A stretch of 64,000 nucleotides of DNA from Macrostomum hystrix (GCA_950097015.1 CATNEN010000003.1:6758001-6822000), one strand, 5' to 3'; positions 48,646 to 61,074 are shown, numbered from the stretch's first letter. The notes: generated from the letters alone by a model not told the origin. Translations and numbers: made by a program.

Positions 48646-51567
48646 CTAAAGCTCATCTTTTGTCATGGACTTCGGCTGCATTCGCTCGGCATTGGTCGTC
48701 AGTGGATCTGCTTTCTCCTTGCCTTCGTCCTCCTCCGGGCCGATTGCAGCTTCAGCGTCGGCGGTGAAGGCTCGACTGCTGTGAGTCCGAACCCGACCGG
48801 AGTCCGAGCCGGTTTCGCCGTGGTACACCTGCTTCACGAAGTTGAACACTCGCGTTGCCGGCTGCCACGGCTGCTGCGGTTCAACCTGTTTGCCGTCGGT
48901 CAGTCGGTTGCTCACAGCCTGCTCAAGCCAGTCGGCACTGCGGGACAGTCGTTCACTGCCAGCTAGTCCCCCAAGCGGCAGGCGATGAATGAGCTTGCTG
49001 GCCGCTCCAGGTGGTTTGGTTAGCGCCACCAGAGCCGGCAAGTTGAGTCCAGCAAGGCGGTGTACGAGGTCGTTCAGGTGTGCAAATCGGCGAAGGTTCA
49101 GGTAGCAAACCGTAGCCCTTCCGGTGAACTTGACCCTCAGGTGCTCCAGCAGTGTCGCGCTCTCATCCTTGTGGTCATCCAGCTCGAAGAGGATCGCCAG
49201 AGTGCGTTCGCGTTTCAAAGCCGACGGCAGGTACATCCAGCTGCAGGGGAACACGGAGTCCAGGTGGTTGTTCTCGACATACTCTGCCAGGCCCTGAGCG
49301 TCATCCAGCGATCCCGTGTACGGAGCGACGTTCGGCTTGACATCACGGTGCACGGCCGTCAGCTGCGGAGCCACATTCTGCTTCTCGTGAATGAACAGCT
49401 CGCGGAACCGATGCGCCTTAGCGAATTGCGTCAACTGACTGGGCATTTCAGACCCTCTAAACACAAAAGCTCTCTGCTTCAAGGTGAGAGACTTTTTCAA
49501 CATTTGCTTCGTTTCCAGCTCGGAGTTGCTCGAAATGACCGGTGGCTCGAAGGCCAGCTTGACGTACAGGCAGAGCTCATCAGCGACTATTGGGCCTGAG
49601 TAGGTGTTCATCTCGATACCTCTGCTGAACATGGCCACAGTTGGGTAGGAATTCACGCCCAACTTCTGGCAGATCTCATTCGCCTCGAAGCAATCCACCT
49701 TGACCAGTTGGACATCCGGGAAGCCCATCCGTTTGGTGCATTCGCCAACCGACGCCCAGATTGCCCGCGCGGCCTTGCACAGCGGACTCCAGGACACCGT
49801 GAACAGAACCAGCCACGGCTTGTCCTTGCCGGCTAGGTCGAAGAACTCACTCAGGAGCTTGGCGTCTGATTCGATCACCAGCACGCCAGTGACATTGTAC
49901 ACGTCCATAAAGTGCAGCTGCTCAACGAAGGCATCGGTTCGATTTTTCATTCGAATCTCGTCCACGAGGTCCTTTGTATCGTCATCTGCCCGGACAACTT
50001 CGCCGGCCATGTGACCGTAGCGCGTCATCTTTTCGGGCAGCTCGACCATGTCGGGACTGTTAAAGGTCTCCCGAGCTGACTGCAGCATGACTTGGTAGAC
50101 GCCCTCCTTTGATACGTCGCGCACAGTCTTGTCTATCGTGGCTATCGGCTCGTCGTTTTTCAGAACAATGCAAGCGCCATTCGGCAGTCTGATGAAGAAG
50201 CTGGGCCGCTCCAGCGCTTCTACTAGATCCAAGCCGGTGTTGAGATCTTTCAGGACCTCCAGCGCGGTTGCTTTGGTAATCATCAACGGGACGTAATTGA
50301 TGCTGAATGAAGAGCTCAAATAGGAGACTAGAGTCTGCAGCATCTCGTGGTTAATTCTGGGATCTGTTAAAAGCTCGTCAACCGGCATGACGGAGAGTAC
50401 ATATGATGCAGTCAAGCGGACAAACAATTTCAGCTCCTCAGATGCTGTCTTCAGTGTGAGATGAGAAGTGCCAGGCATGGATTTGGCGGACAATGCACCG
50501 TGTAGTATGAATGATAGGTACTGTTCAACAATTAGTGCCTCGTTGGCTATTTTAATCAGCGGCTTGCAGTTAAACACCCACTTGGAGTCGGACGTGCAGT
50601 GCTCTTTCGTGTACATCGCCAAGAAGCTCTGATGCTCTCGAATCTTCCATCTGTACAGCGGGCGCTCGGATTCGGTTTTGATGTCGCTCAGCGGAGTAGC
50701 AATCAGGTGGAAGACGAACCGATGTCTGAGGCCCAGGGCCACGTCCAGGAACCACGCCAGCTGCTGATAATACGCCAGGTTCTTCACAGGACCCGCCGAG
50801 AACATTACCAACGGACGAGAGTCGGCAGAAACTAGCTGCTTGCCGTGAGCATCGTCCAGGTCCGACTGAATGAGGTACTCGGTACCACTGGATGTGCTGA
50901 GCTGCAGTTCGCCCAGCTCCATGGCAATGTAGGCCTGACGTTCCAGCAGTCGAAATTGAATGTACGGCAGCATGTTGAGCACGGCTGTCGGCTGTTGCTT
51001 ATCCTTTGACTCGATCATGGAGCAGCCGAAGTTCTTGGAACAGTGACCGCTAATTAGGAAGACGAAGTGGCTGACGAAGCCGCCCGCGCAAGCGATGCGC
51101 AAGCGCTGGCAGACGGAAGTCGGCGACTTCAAACACTTGGTCACGCCCAGGAATGCGTTCTGACGCTCCACCTCGGCTGCAACCTCCAGTGTCGGATTAT
51201 AGGGCACCGACATGTCCTGAATGAACTCGCTGTGAGCAAAGATCATGACGCTGACGCGGCTCAGGAAAGCGTCCAGCGACTTGCCCTGCTGTTTAGCCAG
51301 GCGCTCAAACTGGTGCATCAGAGAACAGTTTCTAGGCTGTTTGTCTTCTTCGTCCATACGCTCTCTCTCGGCTAGGCAGGATGGCGAGTCAATCTCCGTC
51401 AGAATGGCTCGAAATTCTTCGCCATCGCACAGGTGCTGCTGTTTGCTAGCCAGTGTCTGCCCAGTTGCTGGACTTAGCAGCGGCAGCAACAGCAGCAGCG
51501 GGAGCAGAATCGACACAATATCAGACTGACTGGCCTTGTTTGACGAGTAAAGACGATACTGTGACAT
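48646..51567 (-). CDS. ER-resident thioredoxin-fold (PDI-family, TXNDC16/ERp90-like) protein, 973 aa, intronless
   Basis: Signal peptide ILLPLLLLLPLLSPATG. Trx domain WLVLFTVSWSPLC...VKVDC...ICQKLGVNSYPTV. C-terminal KDEL. Confidence 0.88.
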   Translation of the reverse strand: MSQYRLYSSNKASQSDIVSILLPLLLLLPLLSPATGQTLASKQQHLCDGEEFRAILTEIDSPSCLAERERMDEEDKQPRNCSLMHQFERLAKQQGKSLDAFLSRVSVMIFAHSEFIQDMSVPYNPTLEVAAEVERQNAFLGVTKCLKSPTSVCQRLRIACAGGFVSHFVFLISGHCSKNFGCSMIESKDKQQPTAVLNMLPYIQFRLLERQAYIAMELGELQLSTSSGTEYLIQSDLDDAHGKQLVSADSRPLVMFSAGPVKNLAYYQQLAWFLDVALGLRHRFVFHLIATPLSDIKTESERPLYRWKIREHQSFLAMYTKEHCTSDSKWVFNCKPLIKIANEALIVEQYLSFILHGALSAKSMPGTSHLTLKTASEELKLFVRLTASYVLSVMPVDELLTDPRINHEMLQTLVSYLSSSFSINYVPLMITKATALEVLKDLNTGLDLVEALERPSFFIRLPNGACIVLKNDEPIATIDKTVRDVSKEGVYQVMLQSARETFNSPDMVELPEKMTRYGHMAGEVVRADDDTKDLVDEIRMKNRTDAFVEQLHFMDVYNVTGVLVIESDAKLLSEFFDLAGKDKPWLVLFTVSWSPLCKAARAIWASVGECTKRMGFPDVQLVKVDCFEANEICQKLGVNSYPTVAMFSRGIEMNTYSGPIVADELCLYVKLAFEPPVISSNSELETKQMLKKSLTLKQRAFVFRGSEMPSQLTQFAKAHRFRELFIHEKQNVAPQLTAVHRDVKPNVAPYTGSLDDAQGLAEYVENNHLDSVFPCSWMYLPSALKRERTLAILFELDDHKDESATLLEHLRVKFTGRATVCYLNLRRFAHLNDLVHRLAGLNLPALVALTKPPGAASKLIHRLPLGGLAGSERLSRSADWLEQAVSNRLTDGKQVEPQQPWQPATRVFNFVKQVYHGETGSDSGRVRTHSSRAFTADAEAAIGPEEDEGKEKADPLTTNAERMQPKSMTKDEL

Positions 51568-53188
51568 TTTTTGCTGCAGAAGTCAGTTTTTGGTGACAAC
51601 TTTCAATCTACTTCTCGCTGTCTTGGCTTTAGCACTTGGAGCCCGAGTTTGTTGACTTATATTCCTTCAGAGAGGTCGCTATCCGTATTGTGTGCAAGCC
51701 GAGCTCGTGCAACAAAAGCCCCAGCCAAAGCCACAGTTTTTCCTGGAGTAGCAAACTTGCTCGAAAATCAAGCTATGGCTTGTAGGCTTTGAGGTTGCTT
51801 GGGGTTGCTTTCATTGTGCTCAAATACTCCTGTGCTCGCTCAACATCTGATATAGAATAGACGGCAAGAAAAAATTGAATATAGCCTAGAAAGAGAAGCG
51901 AGTTGACTGGAAAAATTGTCTGAGAAGTTTGCAAGGTTTTCAAGATTTTCTTTACTTAGTCAGAGACAGAGTAGGTAGGGACAGACTGTAAAGGGTTGGT
52001 ATAGCTCTAAACTCAGAGCCATTTTATTTGGTATAATGAAGATATCAGCAGCAGCAGCAGAAGCTAGCACACCCTCAAAAGAGTGGCCTAAGGCGTACCT
52101 CCCACCTCAAACACACACTTCCGAGGCGGAGTAGAGTACGAACACAACACATGTTCACACCAAATATGAAATTTTGTTGTCGAGAGCCCTTTCTGCAGTT
52201 TTAGTTTCCGATTCTAAGCTACATGCAATGGCGTACACAACCCCCATTACTGCGTGTGCGGCTTCGGCCAGAAGCCCCCTAAACTAAACCCCACTAAACC
52301 AGAATGCATACGCATATATATTCTCGTGGAACAGCAATATTATTTGTTGCACCAACTTATATTTGCATTATTAATATTCAAATGCTGAAATAACACACAC
52401 CAAATTGATATTGTTTATTGTTTGTGAATGTTTCAATGTACAACAACAAATTTATAAGATGGAAGACTTTAAATGGAGACAATACGCATTTGAAACACTG
52501 TACGGTTAAACGTTGTTCTTATAATGACGAAGGATGTGGCAAATAGTTGTTAAAAGCACAAATCCAAGATTTTTCCATTACAAGAAACGCTCTGCATCCT
52601 TCTTCTAAGATAGAAAATACTCGAGATGTGCAAGCGGTGTGGTTCTATGCTCTGTATTCTGCGAAGCCATAGACGACTAAAAGTCTACTTTTAGTAGTCA
52701 TTGCGAAGCCAGGGTCCAAAAATAAACTTATCGCATTATCGATTACTCGTATTTTTCTTTTCGTAACTTATCTGTTTGATTCTTAGATGAAGAAATATCA
52801 AGAAGACAGATGGAACGATATACTTTTGAGTATTGACTGCAGTTTCAAGAAAACTAGCACACTTTTCGCACACTAATTTACCAATGTAGGATGCAGGAGT
52901 GAAAATCTGAATGCAAAACCGGATTTGTACAATATTCTGTATATTAAATTTCAAAAAGACAAAAATGTCTTTCGCTGAACTGAAAAAGGCTGAACTGAGA
53001 TTAAAAGTCTAGGGAAATCGTTTTTTAGACAATACTTTGTTATTTCTGAGAAAACTTGGGGTCGGAAAACGATAACTAATTTTCTTAGAAACTGTCGCAC
53101 GCTACTGTAGAAAAAATAGACGACATAAACTGTTTTTTAAAATAAATTTTAACTGCTTTTGTTTGTGTGCAAATATTTTAGTTGCAAT

Positions 53189-53252
53189 ATGGATCCTGAC
53201 ACAGCAGCATCAAATTGCACTGGAGCATTACTGAACAGTTCTCAGGGTTTAA
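53189..53252 (+). CDS. Putative first coding exon of the EML gene
   Basis: ATG 7 nt after ttttag. Encodes MDPDTAASNCTGALLNSSQGL, then A|GTAAGT donor (phase 1), compatible with the phase-1 acceptor at 59220. Confidence 0.45.
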
Positions 53253-53865
53253 GTAAGTAATTTTACTTGAATTGAAACTTTTGGCTTCAATATGTACTGA
53301 TGTAGGATGCAGAAAATAATTCCCACTATATAATGTATTTGCGATAAAACAAAATCGACAAATGAAGTGTAAAATAGCTTTTTAAAGTCAATTTTACTTG
53401 TATTTTTTTCATTAAATTCTGTAAAATTACTACATGTTTATGCTAATTTGCATAAGCAAAAGCATAAGAGTACTAATTTGCTAGAATAATTCTTGGCACT
53501 GGTCCAGATATTTGAGGCAGAAAATATTTGCAAAAACATATTTTTTAACTGGTAAAACAGTGTCTTTTAATTTGACGTAGATAAACATGTTTCTAATTTT
53601 ATGAAGTTTAAGTTTATTATATAAATTAATAATAGGAATGATTTTTGCTAAGGGGATTTTTGAAGGGGATTCACAACATTTAACAATTTTTTCTAACACT
53701 ATATCTGATTTATATATATATATATATTAAGGGGTTCAGTGTATAAAAAAGTAAATAAAAGCAAACAACCAGAGTCTATGGCTAGTTGCTATATCAGTGT
53801 GTAGAGTATTTTAGTGCTTTCTTCAAAAATAAAAGCAATTTATTTTTGGATTATTGCATTATTAC

Positions 53866-55047
53866 CAGTGTTGGGCAAGTTACTTTAAAAAAGTAACTTC
53901 CGGTCAAGTAACTTCCGGTTCTAAAGAAAGTAACTTCCGGTAGTAGTTCTGGTACCGGCACTCGAAAAAAAAAGTAACTTCCGGTTCTTCGGCACCGGTA
54001 CTTTCTACTGTTGAAAAATCGCGTGTTAAAGAAGGGCTTAATTATGTTTTTATTATTAAAAAACTAATAATAACATGCCTTTGCAACTGCCAACTTGTCT
54101 AGAGTAAAACCAAGTGGAAAATGATTAAATGAAATTATTGAAAACGAAAAATTAATTTCTGAAAACCTATATTTTTATGGTTTTTGCTTCTTTTTCCAGC
54201 ACTAAGGTTCAATCCTTGCTGTGGCAGTACTTTACCAATTACCACTCAAAAGTTTGGCCTGCGCAACTAAAAAAGCTGAAAAAAAATTAGATTTGCATGT
54301 ATTTTACACCATAACATTACATTAAGTTTAAATTTGAATAAAGCGTGCGCAAATAGACTAAACGTGATCAGTAAAAAAATGAAAATTCGAAAATTGAAAA
54401 ATCGCGCCTCTGTTTGACGATAATTCGCGCCTGCCCTCAGAAATCGCATATTTGCGCCTCAATCACACTACTGAATAACTAACAACACAAGTCTTACAAA
54501 CTAATGACATAAAGTGACAACTCTAAAAAAGTGGAAAGAGTAGCTCTAGTGGCGCTGCTGCCCTGCTGATAATTACCTTTATTAATTCAATAACATTTTA
54601 AGCCCTGAAAAAACTACTTTGACATTTAGACAATTTAGCCTAGGTTAACAGCTGAGAAAAAAAGTTTGCATGCTTCTTAAAAGGAACCCCCGTAATTTAA
54701 ACTTGAAAGCTTTAGCACTAGTGTAAAAGCTAGATATAGACAGTCATGTTGTCACAATTCACATCAAATGCTTGTTGCCGCGAAGTAGTACAAGGCGGTT
54801 TAGTGTCGCGTCGGCAAGAGGTGCTCGCTTTGCTCGAATTCTTTCAATTTGTATGTTTTCTTTACTTTCTTTCTCTTTTTTTCTCTGCATTTAAAAAAGT
54901 GCCGGAAGTACCGGACTTAACTAAAAGTAACTTCCGATACCCTAGTCCGGCACTACAAAAAAAAGAACCGGAAAAAAGTGCCACTTTAAAAAACAGTAAC
55001 TTCCGGCACAAAAAGTGCCGGAAGTGCCGGAAGGTTGCCCAACACTG
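53866..55047. mobile_element. hAT-superfamily non-autonomous transposon (1182 bp)
   Basis: TIRs CAGTGTTGGGCAA / TTGCCCAACACTG. Perfect 8-bp TSD attattac (53858-53865 and 55048-55055). Subterminal repeats aagtaacttccgg at both ends. Confidence 0.93.
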
Positions 55048-55089
55048 ATTATTACCAAATTATTAGAGTTATTAAATTGTAACTAGGAT

Positions 55090-56860
55090 CGAAACCATCT
55101 GAAGGTGGTAAAAACTACCTGAAAAGGATATAAACTGTCAAAAAAATACAGACCATCTAAATGGGTTTAAAACCATCTAAGTGGAATTACAATTATCTGA
55201 ATGGAATCGAACCACCTGAAGGGGATATAAACCGTATGATGAGGATAGGAACCTACTGAAGGGCATAGCAATTATCTGAAGGGGATAGGAAGCATCTGAA
55301 GGGGATAGGAACCATCTGAATGGGATAGGAACCATCTGAAGGGGATAGGAACCATCTGAAGGGGATAGGAAGCATCTGAATGGGATAGGAACCATCTGAA
55401 GGGGATAGGAAGCATCTGAATGGGATAGGAACCATCTGATGGGCATAGGAACCATCTGAAGGGGATTGAACCATCTGAAGGGGATAGGAACCATCTGAAG
55501 GGGATTGAACCATCTGAAGGGGATTGAACCATCTGAAGGGGATAGGAACCATCTGAAGGGGATAGGAACCATCTGAATGGGATAGGAACCATCTGAAGGG
55601 GATAGGAACCATCTGAAGGGGATAGGAACCATCTGAAGGGGATAGGAACTATCTGAAGGGGATAGGAACCATCTGAAGGGGATAGGAACCATCTGAAGGG
55701 CATAGGAACCATCTGAAGGGAATCGAACCATCTGAAGGGAATTGAACCCTCTGAAGGGAATTGAACCATCTGAAGGGAATTGAACCATCTGAAGGGGATA
55801 GGAACCATCTGAAGGGGATTGAACCATCTGAAGGGGATTGAACCATCTGAAGGGGATAGGAACCATCTGAATGGGATAGGAACCATCTGAAGGGGATAGG
55901 AACCATCTGAAGGGGATAGGAACCATCTGAAGGGGATAGGAACTATCTGAAGGGGATAGGAACCATCTGAAGGGGATAGGAACCATCTGAAGGGCATAGG
56001 AACCATCTGAAGGGAATCGAACCATCTGAAGGGAATAGGAACCATCTGAAGGGCATAGGAACCATCTGAAGGGAATCGAACCATCTGAAGGGAATTGAAC
56101 CCTCTGAAGGGAATTGAACCATCTGAAGGGAATTGAACCATTTGAAGGGAATTGAACCATCTGAAGGGGATAGGAACCATCTGAAGGGAATCGAACCATC
56201 TGAAGGGATAGGAACCATCTGAAGGGGATAGGAACCATCTGAAGAGCATAGGAACCATCTGAAGAGCATAGGAACCAACTGAAGGGGATAGAAACCATCT
56301 GAAGGGGATAGGAACTATCTGAAGGGGATAGGAACCATCTGAAGGGGATAGGAACCATCTGAAGGGAATTGAACCATCTGAAGGGAATTTCGAACCATCT
56401 GAAGGGAATTTCGAACCATCTGAAGGGAATTGAACCATCTGAAGGGGATAGGAACCATCTGAAGGGAATCGAACCATCTGAAGGGATAGGAACCATCTGA
56501 AGGGGATAGGAGCAATCTGAGGGGGATAGGTACCATCTGAAGGGGATAGGAACCATCTGAAGGGGATAGGAACCATCTGAAGGGATAGGAACCATCTGAT
56601 GGGGATAGAAACCATCTGATGGGGATAGAAACCATCTGAAGGGATAGAAACCATCTGATGGGGATAGAAACCATCTGAAGGGGATAGGAACAATCTGAGG
56701 GGGATAGGAACCATCTGAAGGGATAGGAACCATCTGATGGGGATAGGAACCATCTGAAGGGGATAGGAACAATCTGAAGGGGATAGGAACCATCTGAAGG
56801 GATAGGAACCATCTGATGGGGATAGGAACCATCTGAAGGGGATAGGAACCATCTGAAGGA
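55090..56860. repeat. Minisatellite, 20/19-bp unit gaaccatctgaaggggatag
   Basis: About 85-90 copies with several variants. Source of the 526/551 aa ORFs. Confidence 0.97.
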
Positions 56861-57544
56861 TAAGGAAAAATTTCAGAAAAAATGTTCTGTAACTGCCGAA
56901 ACTATTTGAAGGAACAAATAACTAATTTGGCAAGAAACACAATAAAATCTCATTCCTGTTTTGTTGTCACTGTTCCTTTGCAGAGATATTTTGTACTGGC
57001 AATTTTTTTATTAGAAATGTGTCATTGGGTGTGCCTGGATAAATATGGTGCTCCGGGTAGGAAATTTATCGATTTTGGCAATTTTTTGGGTATTCACTTT
57101 GCTGTTTTCTTCTTTCTCCAAAGGCACACACTTTTGTACTGTACTGTCTTCACTAATTTCTGTCTTCCCTCTGTCTACGGCGAATTCCCAAATCGCTTGA
57201 CTCTTGTCTCTTCCGCTTAGGGAATAATTTCCATTCTCTTACTTCATTTCTTCCCATAAACTGGTTGTGTCTTGCATTTTGTACATATATGCTTCGGTTT
57301 AGACGTTTTACATGAGTCATTGTATTGGCAGTAAAATTCCCTACTGATTTTAACTTCCTCGTAGTTTTTAAAGCAAGTGAACATTTAGTCTATTGAAGTG
57401 CTCAAACTTCTCTGCGACATTTTTTTAAAGAAAAACTATATTTGTTTGCTCTACGCAAATGCCTGCAGTCTCTTATCAGCATTCAGCCTCTCTTGGTAAG
57501 ATAGATCAGAAGACTGATGAGCTATAGGGTGTTAGTGATGAAAT

Positions 57545-57797
57545 GGGGTGAGTGGCGGAGCTTCTAACGCGTTTGCCTCTCACGCACCAAGGTCCCTGAG
57601 CTCGATTCCGCGGCGAGGCCACATTCATTTGGGGCGCAGCCGCGGAGAGAAGGCTTGGGGGGCTTGTCGTGCAATTTACAACCCTAAAGGGCCAACCTCC
57701 AAGGCACAGCTAGAGTCTACACTGCCTGACGATGAGAAAGTCAGGGCAGATGTACACACCTGTGCGTGTGTGCTCAGGAGTCAGCGAAATGGCTGAG
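57545..57797 (+). mobile_element. SINE family B copy, 3'-truncated
   Basis: Homologous to 39871-40201 from the head to cagcgaaatgg. Confidence 0.85.
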
Positions 57798-57839
57798 GTA
57801 ATATTTGTCTCCCTATTACAGAAAGTGAACGTAGGTAAC

Positions 57840-58185
57840 AATAATAATAATAATTATAATAATAATTGCAGGAGGGCTGCGGGCAATGGTACATCATTTG
57901 GTGACACCAGACCCGCAGCCAGCGAGGAGGCAATTCTGCCCATTTCGCTGACTCCTGAGCACACACACACAGGTGTGTACATCTGCGCGGACTTTCTCAT
58001 CGTCAGGCAGTGTACACTCTCACTGTGCCTTGGAGGTTGGCCCTCAAGGTCATAAATTGCACGACAAGCCCCCAAGCCTTCTCTCCGCGGCTGCGCCCTA
58101 AATGAATGTGGTTTCGCCGCGGAATCGAACTTAGGGACCCTGGTGCGAGAGGCAAACGCGTTAAAAGCTCTACCACTGACCTCCT
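57840..58185 (-). mobile_element. SINE family B copy, full length
   Basis: Reverse complement of family B with an (AAT)n tail at 57840-57866. Degenerate TSD aacgtaggtaa / aatgtaggcaa. Confidence 0.87.
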
Positions 58186-58609
58186 CAAATGTAGGCAAAT
58201 TAGTTTTAAAGGCATGTTTAAGTTCAATTAGCTTAAATGGTGCAGTGGCTTATTTCACACAATTATTTATGCATCAATGTTGGTGCATTTGTATCAATTA
58301 CCAATTAGCAATGTATATTAGTCAGAGATATTTTGCTACCCTGCTCGAATTGTATTTAACGTGGCTTTTATTTGGTTGCTAGGGAAAAAAAAGTTTTCCT
58401 TTAGTATATATAATCATTATAATATAGAGCTTTCGTGATTAAGATACATGCAGTTTTAAATTTGGCCACACGCTGCATGGCAGGTGATTTTGTTAGAAAG
58501 CTTAATCAGGCTTAATCAGAATTTGCGAAAACAGAAAGTTATAAATATAAAAATGCTTTATTGTTGCCTGTACTGCAGGTGGTTTCAATTTCCGAAATTT
58601 GTAACAGTA

Positions 58610-59195
58610 GTCAATCATGTCTAACAGGAATCAATCATGTCTAACAGGAATCAATCATGTCTAACAGGAATATATCATGTCTAACAGGAGTCAATCATGT
58701 CTAACAGGAATCAATCATGTCTAACAGGAATCAATCATGTCTAACAGGAATCAATCATGTCTAACAGGAATCAATCATGTCTAACAGGAATCAATCATGT
58801 CTAACAGAAATCAGTCATGTCTAACAGGAATCAGTCATGTCTAACAGGAATCTATCATGTCTAACAGGAATCAGTCATGTCTAACAGGAATCTATCATGT
58901 CTAACAGGAATCAGTCATGTCTAACAGGAATCTATCATGTCTAACAGGAATCAGTCATGTCTAACAGGAATCTATCATGTCTAACAGGAATCAATCATGT
59001 CTAACAGGAATCAATCATGTCTAACAGGAATCAGTCATGTCTAACAGGAATCAGTCATTCTAACAGGAATCAATCATGTCTAACAGGAATCAATCATGTC
59101 TAACAGGAATCAATCATGTCTAACAGGAATCAATCATGTCTAACAGGAATCAATCATGTCTAACAGGAATCAATCATGTCTAACAGGAATCAATC
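58610..59195. repeat. Minisatellite, 20-bp unit aatcatgtctaacaggaatc
   Basis: About 29 copies ending ~24 bp before the EML exon acceptor. Confidence 0.97.
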
Positions 59196-59219
59196 CCATA
59201 TTATTTTCCGTCCATCCAG

Positions 59220-59450
59220 ACGGTCTGCTGTCCCAGGAGAACAGCGGGTTGCGTGATCGTGTGTCAGATCTGGAGCAGCGAGTACAATCGCAGTCTGACG
59301 AGCTCACATGTCTCAAAGCGTCATTGTCGGATTGTTTGAGACGGATTTCGGGCCTGGAGTTCAACAGAGGTGGGCCTCATTATCATGTGCCATCGCCTAA
59401 TTTGCAAGGTGCCATAATGCACGCCTCACACTGCTCAACTGAGCTGCTTG
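59220..59450 (+). CDS. EML: EML/EMAP-like protein, exon encoding the N-terminal trimerisation coiled coil
   Basis: LRDRVSDLEQRVQSQSDELTCLKASLSDCLRRI matches the EML TD motif (DRLSALESRVQQQEDEITVLKAALADVLRRL). Acceptor catccag|. Donor G|GTGAGT; alternative donors at 59370 and 59409 are possible. Confidence 0.82.
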
Positions 59451-59519
59451 GTGAGTTTGATAGTTTGTATTACACAATTTACTGTTTTGTTCTATTTAGT
59501 TTTAAGCGTCATTCTCGCA

Positions 59520-60187
59520 ATGAGATTAGGGTCAACATCCCAATAAGATTAGGGTCCTCATCCCAATAAGATTAGGGTCCTCATCCCAATAAGATTAGGG
59601 TCAACATCCCAATAAGATTAGGGTCCTCATCCCAATAAGATTAGGGTCAACATCCCAATAAGATTAGGGTCCTCATCCCAATAAGATTAGGGTCAACATC
59701 CCAATAAGATTAGGGTCAACATCCCAATGAGATTAGGGTCAACATCCCAATAAGATTAGGGTCCTCATCCCAATAAGATTAGGGTCAACATCCCAATGAG
59801 ATTAGGGTCAACATCCCAATGAGATTAGGGTCAACATCCCAATGAGATTAGGGTCAACATCCCAATAAGATTAGGGTCCTCATCCCAATAAGATTAGGGT
59901 CCTCATCCCAATAAGATTAGGGTCCTCATCCCAATAAGAATAGGGTCAACATCCCAATAAGATTAGGGTCAACATCCCAATGAGATTAGGGTCAACATCC
60001 CAATGAGATTAGGGTCAACATCCCAATGAGATTAGGGTCAACATCCCAATAAGATTAGGGTCCTCATCCCAATAAGATTAGGGTCCTCATCCCAATAAGA
60101 TTAGGGTCCTCATCCCAATAAGATTAGGGTCCTCATCCCAATAAGATTAGGGTCCTCATCCCAATAATATTAGGGTCAACATCCCAT
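59520..60187. repeat. Minisatellite, 23-bp unit (g/a)agattagggtc(aa/ct)catcccaat
   Basis: About 29 copies. Each unit contains one TTAGGG. Confidence 0.97.
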
Positions 60188-61074
60188 TGAACTAAGGCTT
60201 TTTGTTTATTACGAATGTACTGTTCCTGAAATTACTAACCAGTCGATTAAACGGCAAAATATTTAACCCTCTTTTTTTGCAGGCCATGAATATTTTTAGT
60301 AACTAAAAAATTGGCACTCCTATTCTATTATTCGGTGTAATCTATGAGCTCAATAAACTACATTTTAGTTACTTAATAGTTAGCTATAAATTATTGGCTG
60401 GTTTACTAAATATGGACTATTTGTTCCGGAGTTGGGATCTGTCCTGTTTCAATAATTATATATTTGCCTTTTAACACGACTGTTAATATCTCATTGATTA
60501 AAGTAATGATCCTAATTTATTGATTTATTGATTGATTGATTGACAATTATGAGGGAAAATTATTGAAAACACTACGACTAGTGGATAAAGTGAAGTTTTG
60601 AATTGGTATGTAAGCTTTTATAGCAGTTGGATTATTTGCTTCCTAACTGTACTACTCACAGATGTTTGTTAAAGTAGTGCAAATAACATTGTTTGATAAC
60701 TACGAGTAGTTATTCAGTTTACCTTCAAATGCTTGCTGTTTCTGATTATAACTTATAACTTTTTGAACTTTTTGGTTTTTGTAATTTGCTGTGACACCTA
60801 GCCCAGTTGTACAGTGGAATTCCATTTTCAGTCGACAATGGACATTATTTAAAGAATACCTTTATAAGACTCTGGCGTACAATCTATCAGGGATTGCCTC
60901 TACGCAACCCAAAGTGGGCTACATATGTACATTTACGTACATGTGGCAATCTATAAATAGAGTCTACGTACATGGGGTAGATTTCCCCGTTCTACCCCAC
61001 AGTGTACATTAAGCTAGGCATTGACTCAATGTACATTATTCATTGTACATATTCCCCGCCCAATCGTCGCGCAG

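Noticed and set aside
57718-57795. Hammerhead-like CTGACGA...CGAAA in SINE family B (by analogy with schistosome Sm-alpha)
   Set aside because: Helix II cannot close (T opposite C), and CTGAC instead pairs with GTCAG in a simple hairpin. No helix III or NUH geometry found.
59520-60187. Interstitial telomere (TTAGGG in each unit)
   Set aside because: Only one hexamer per 23-bp unit, never tandem; probably incidental.
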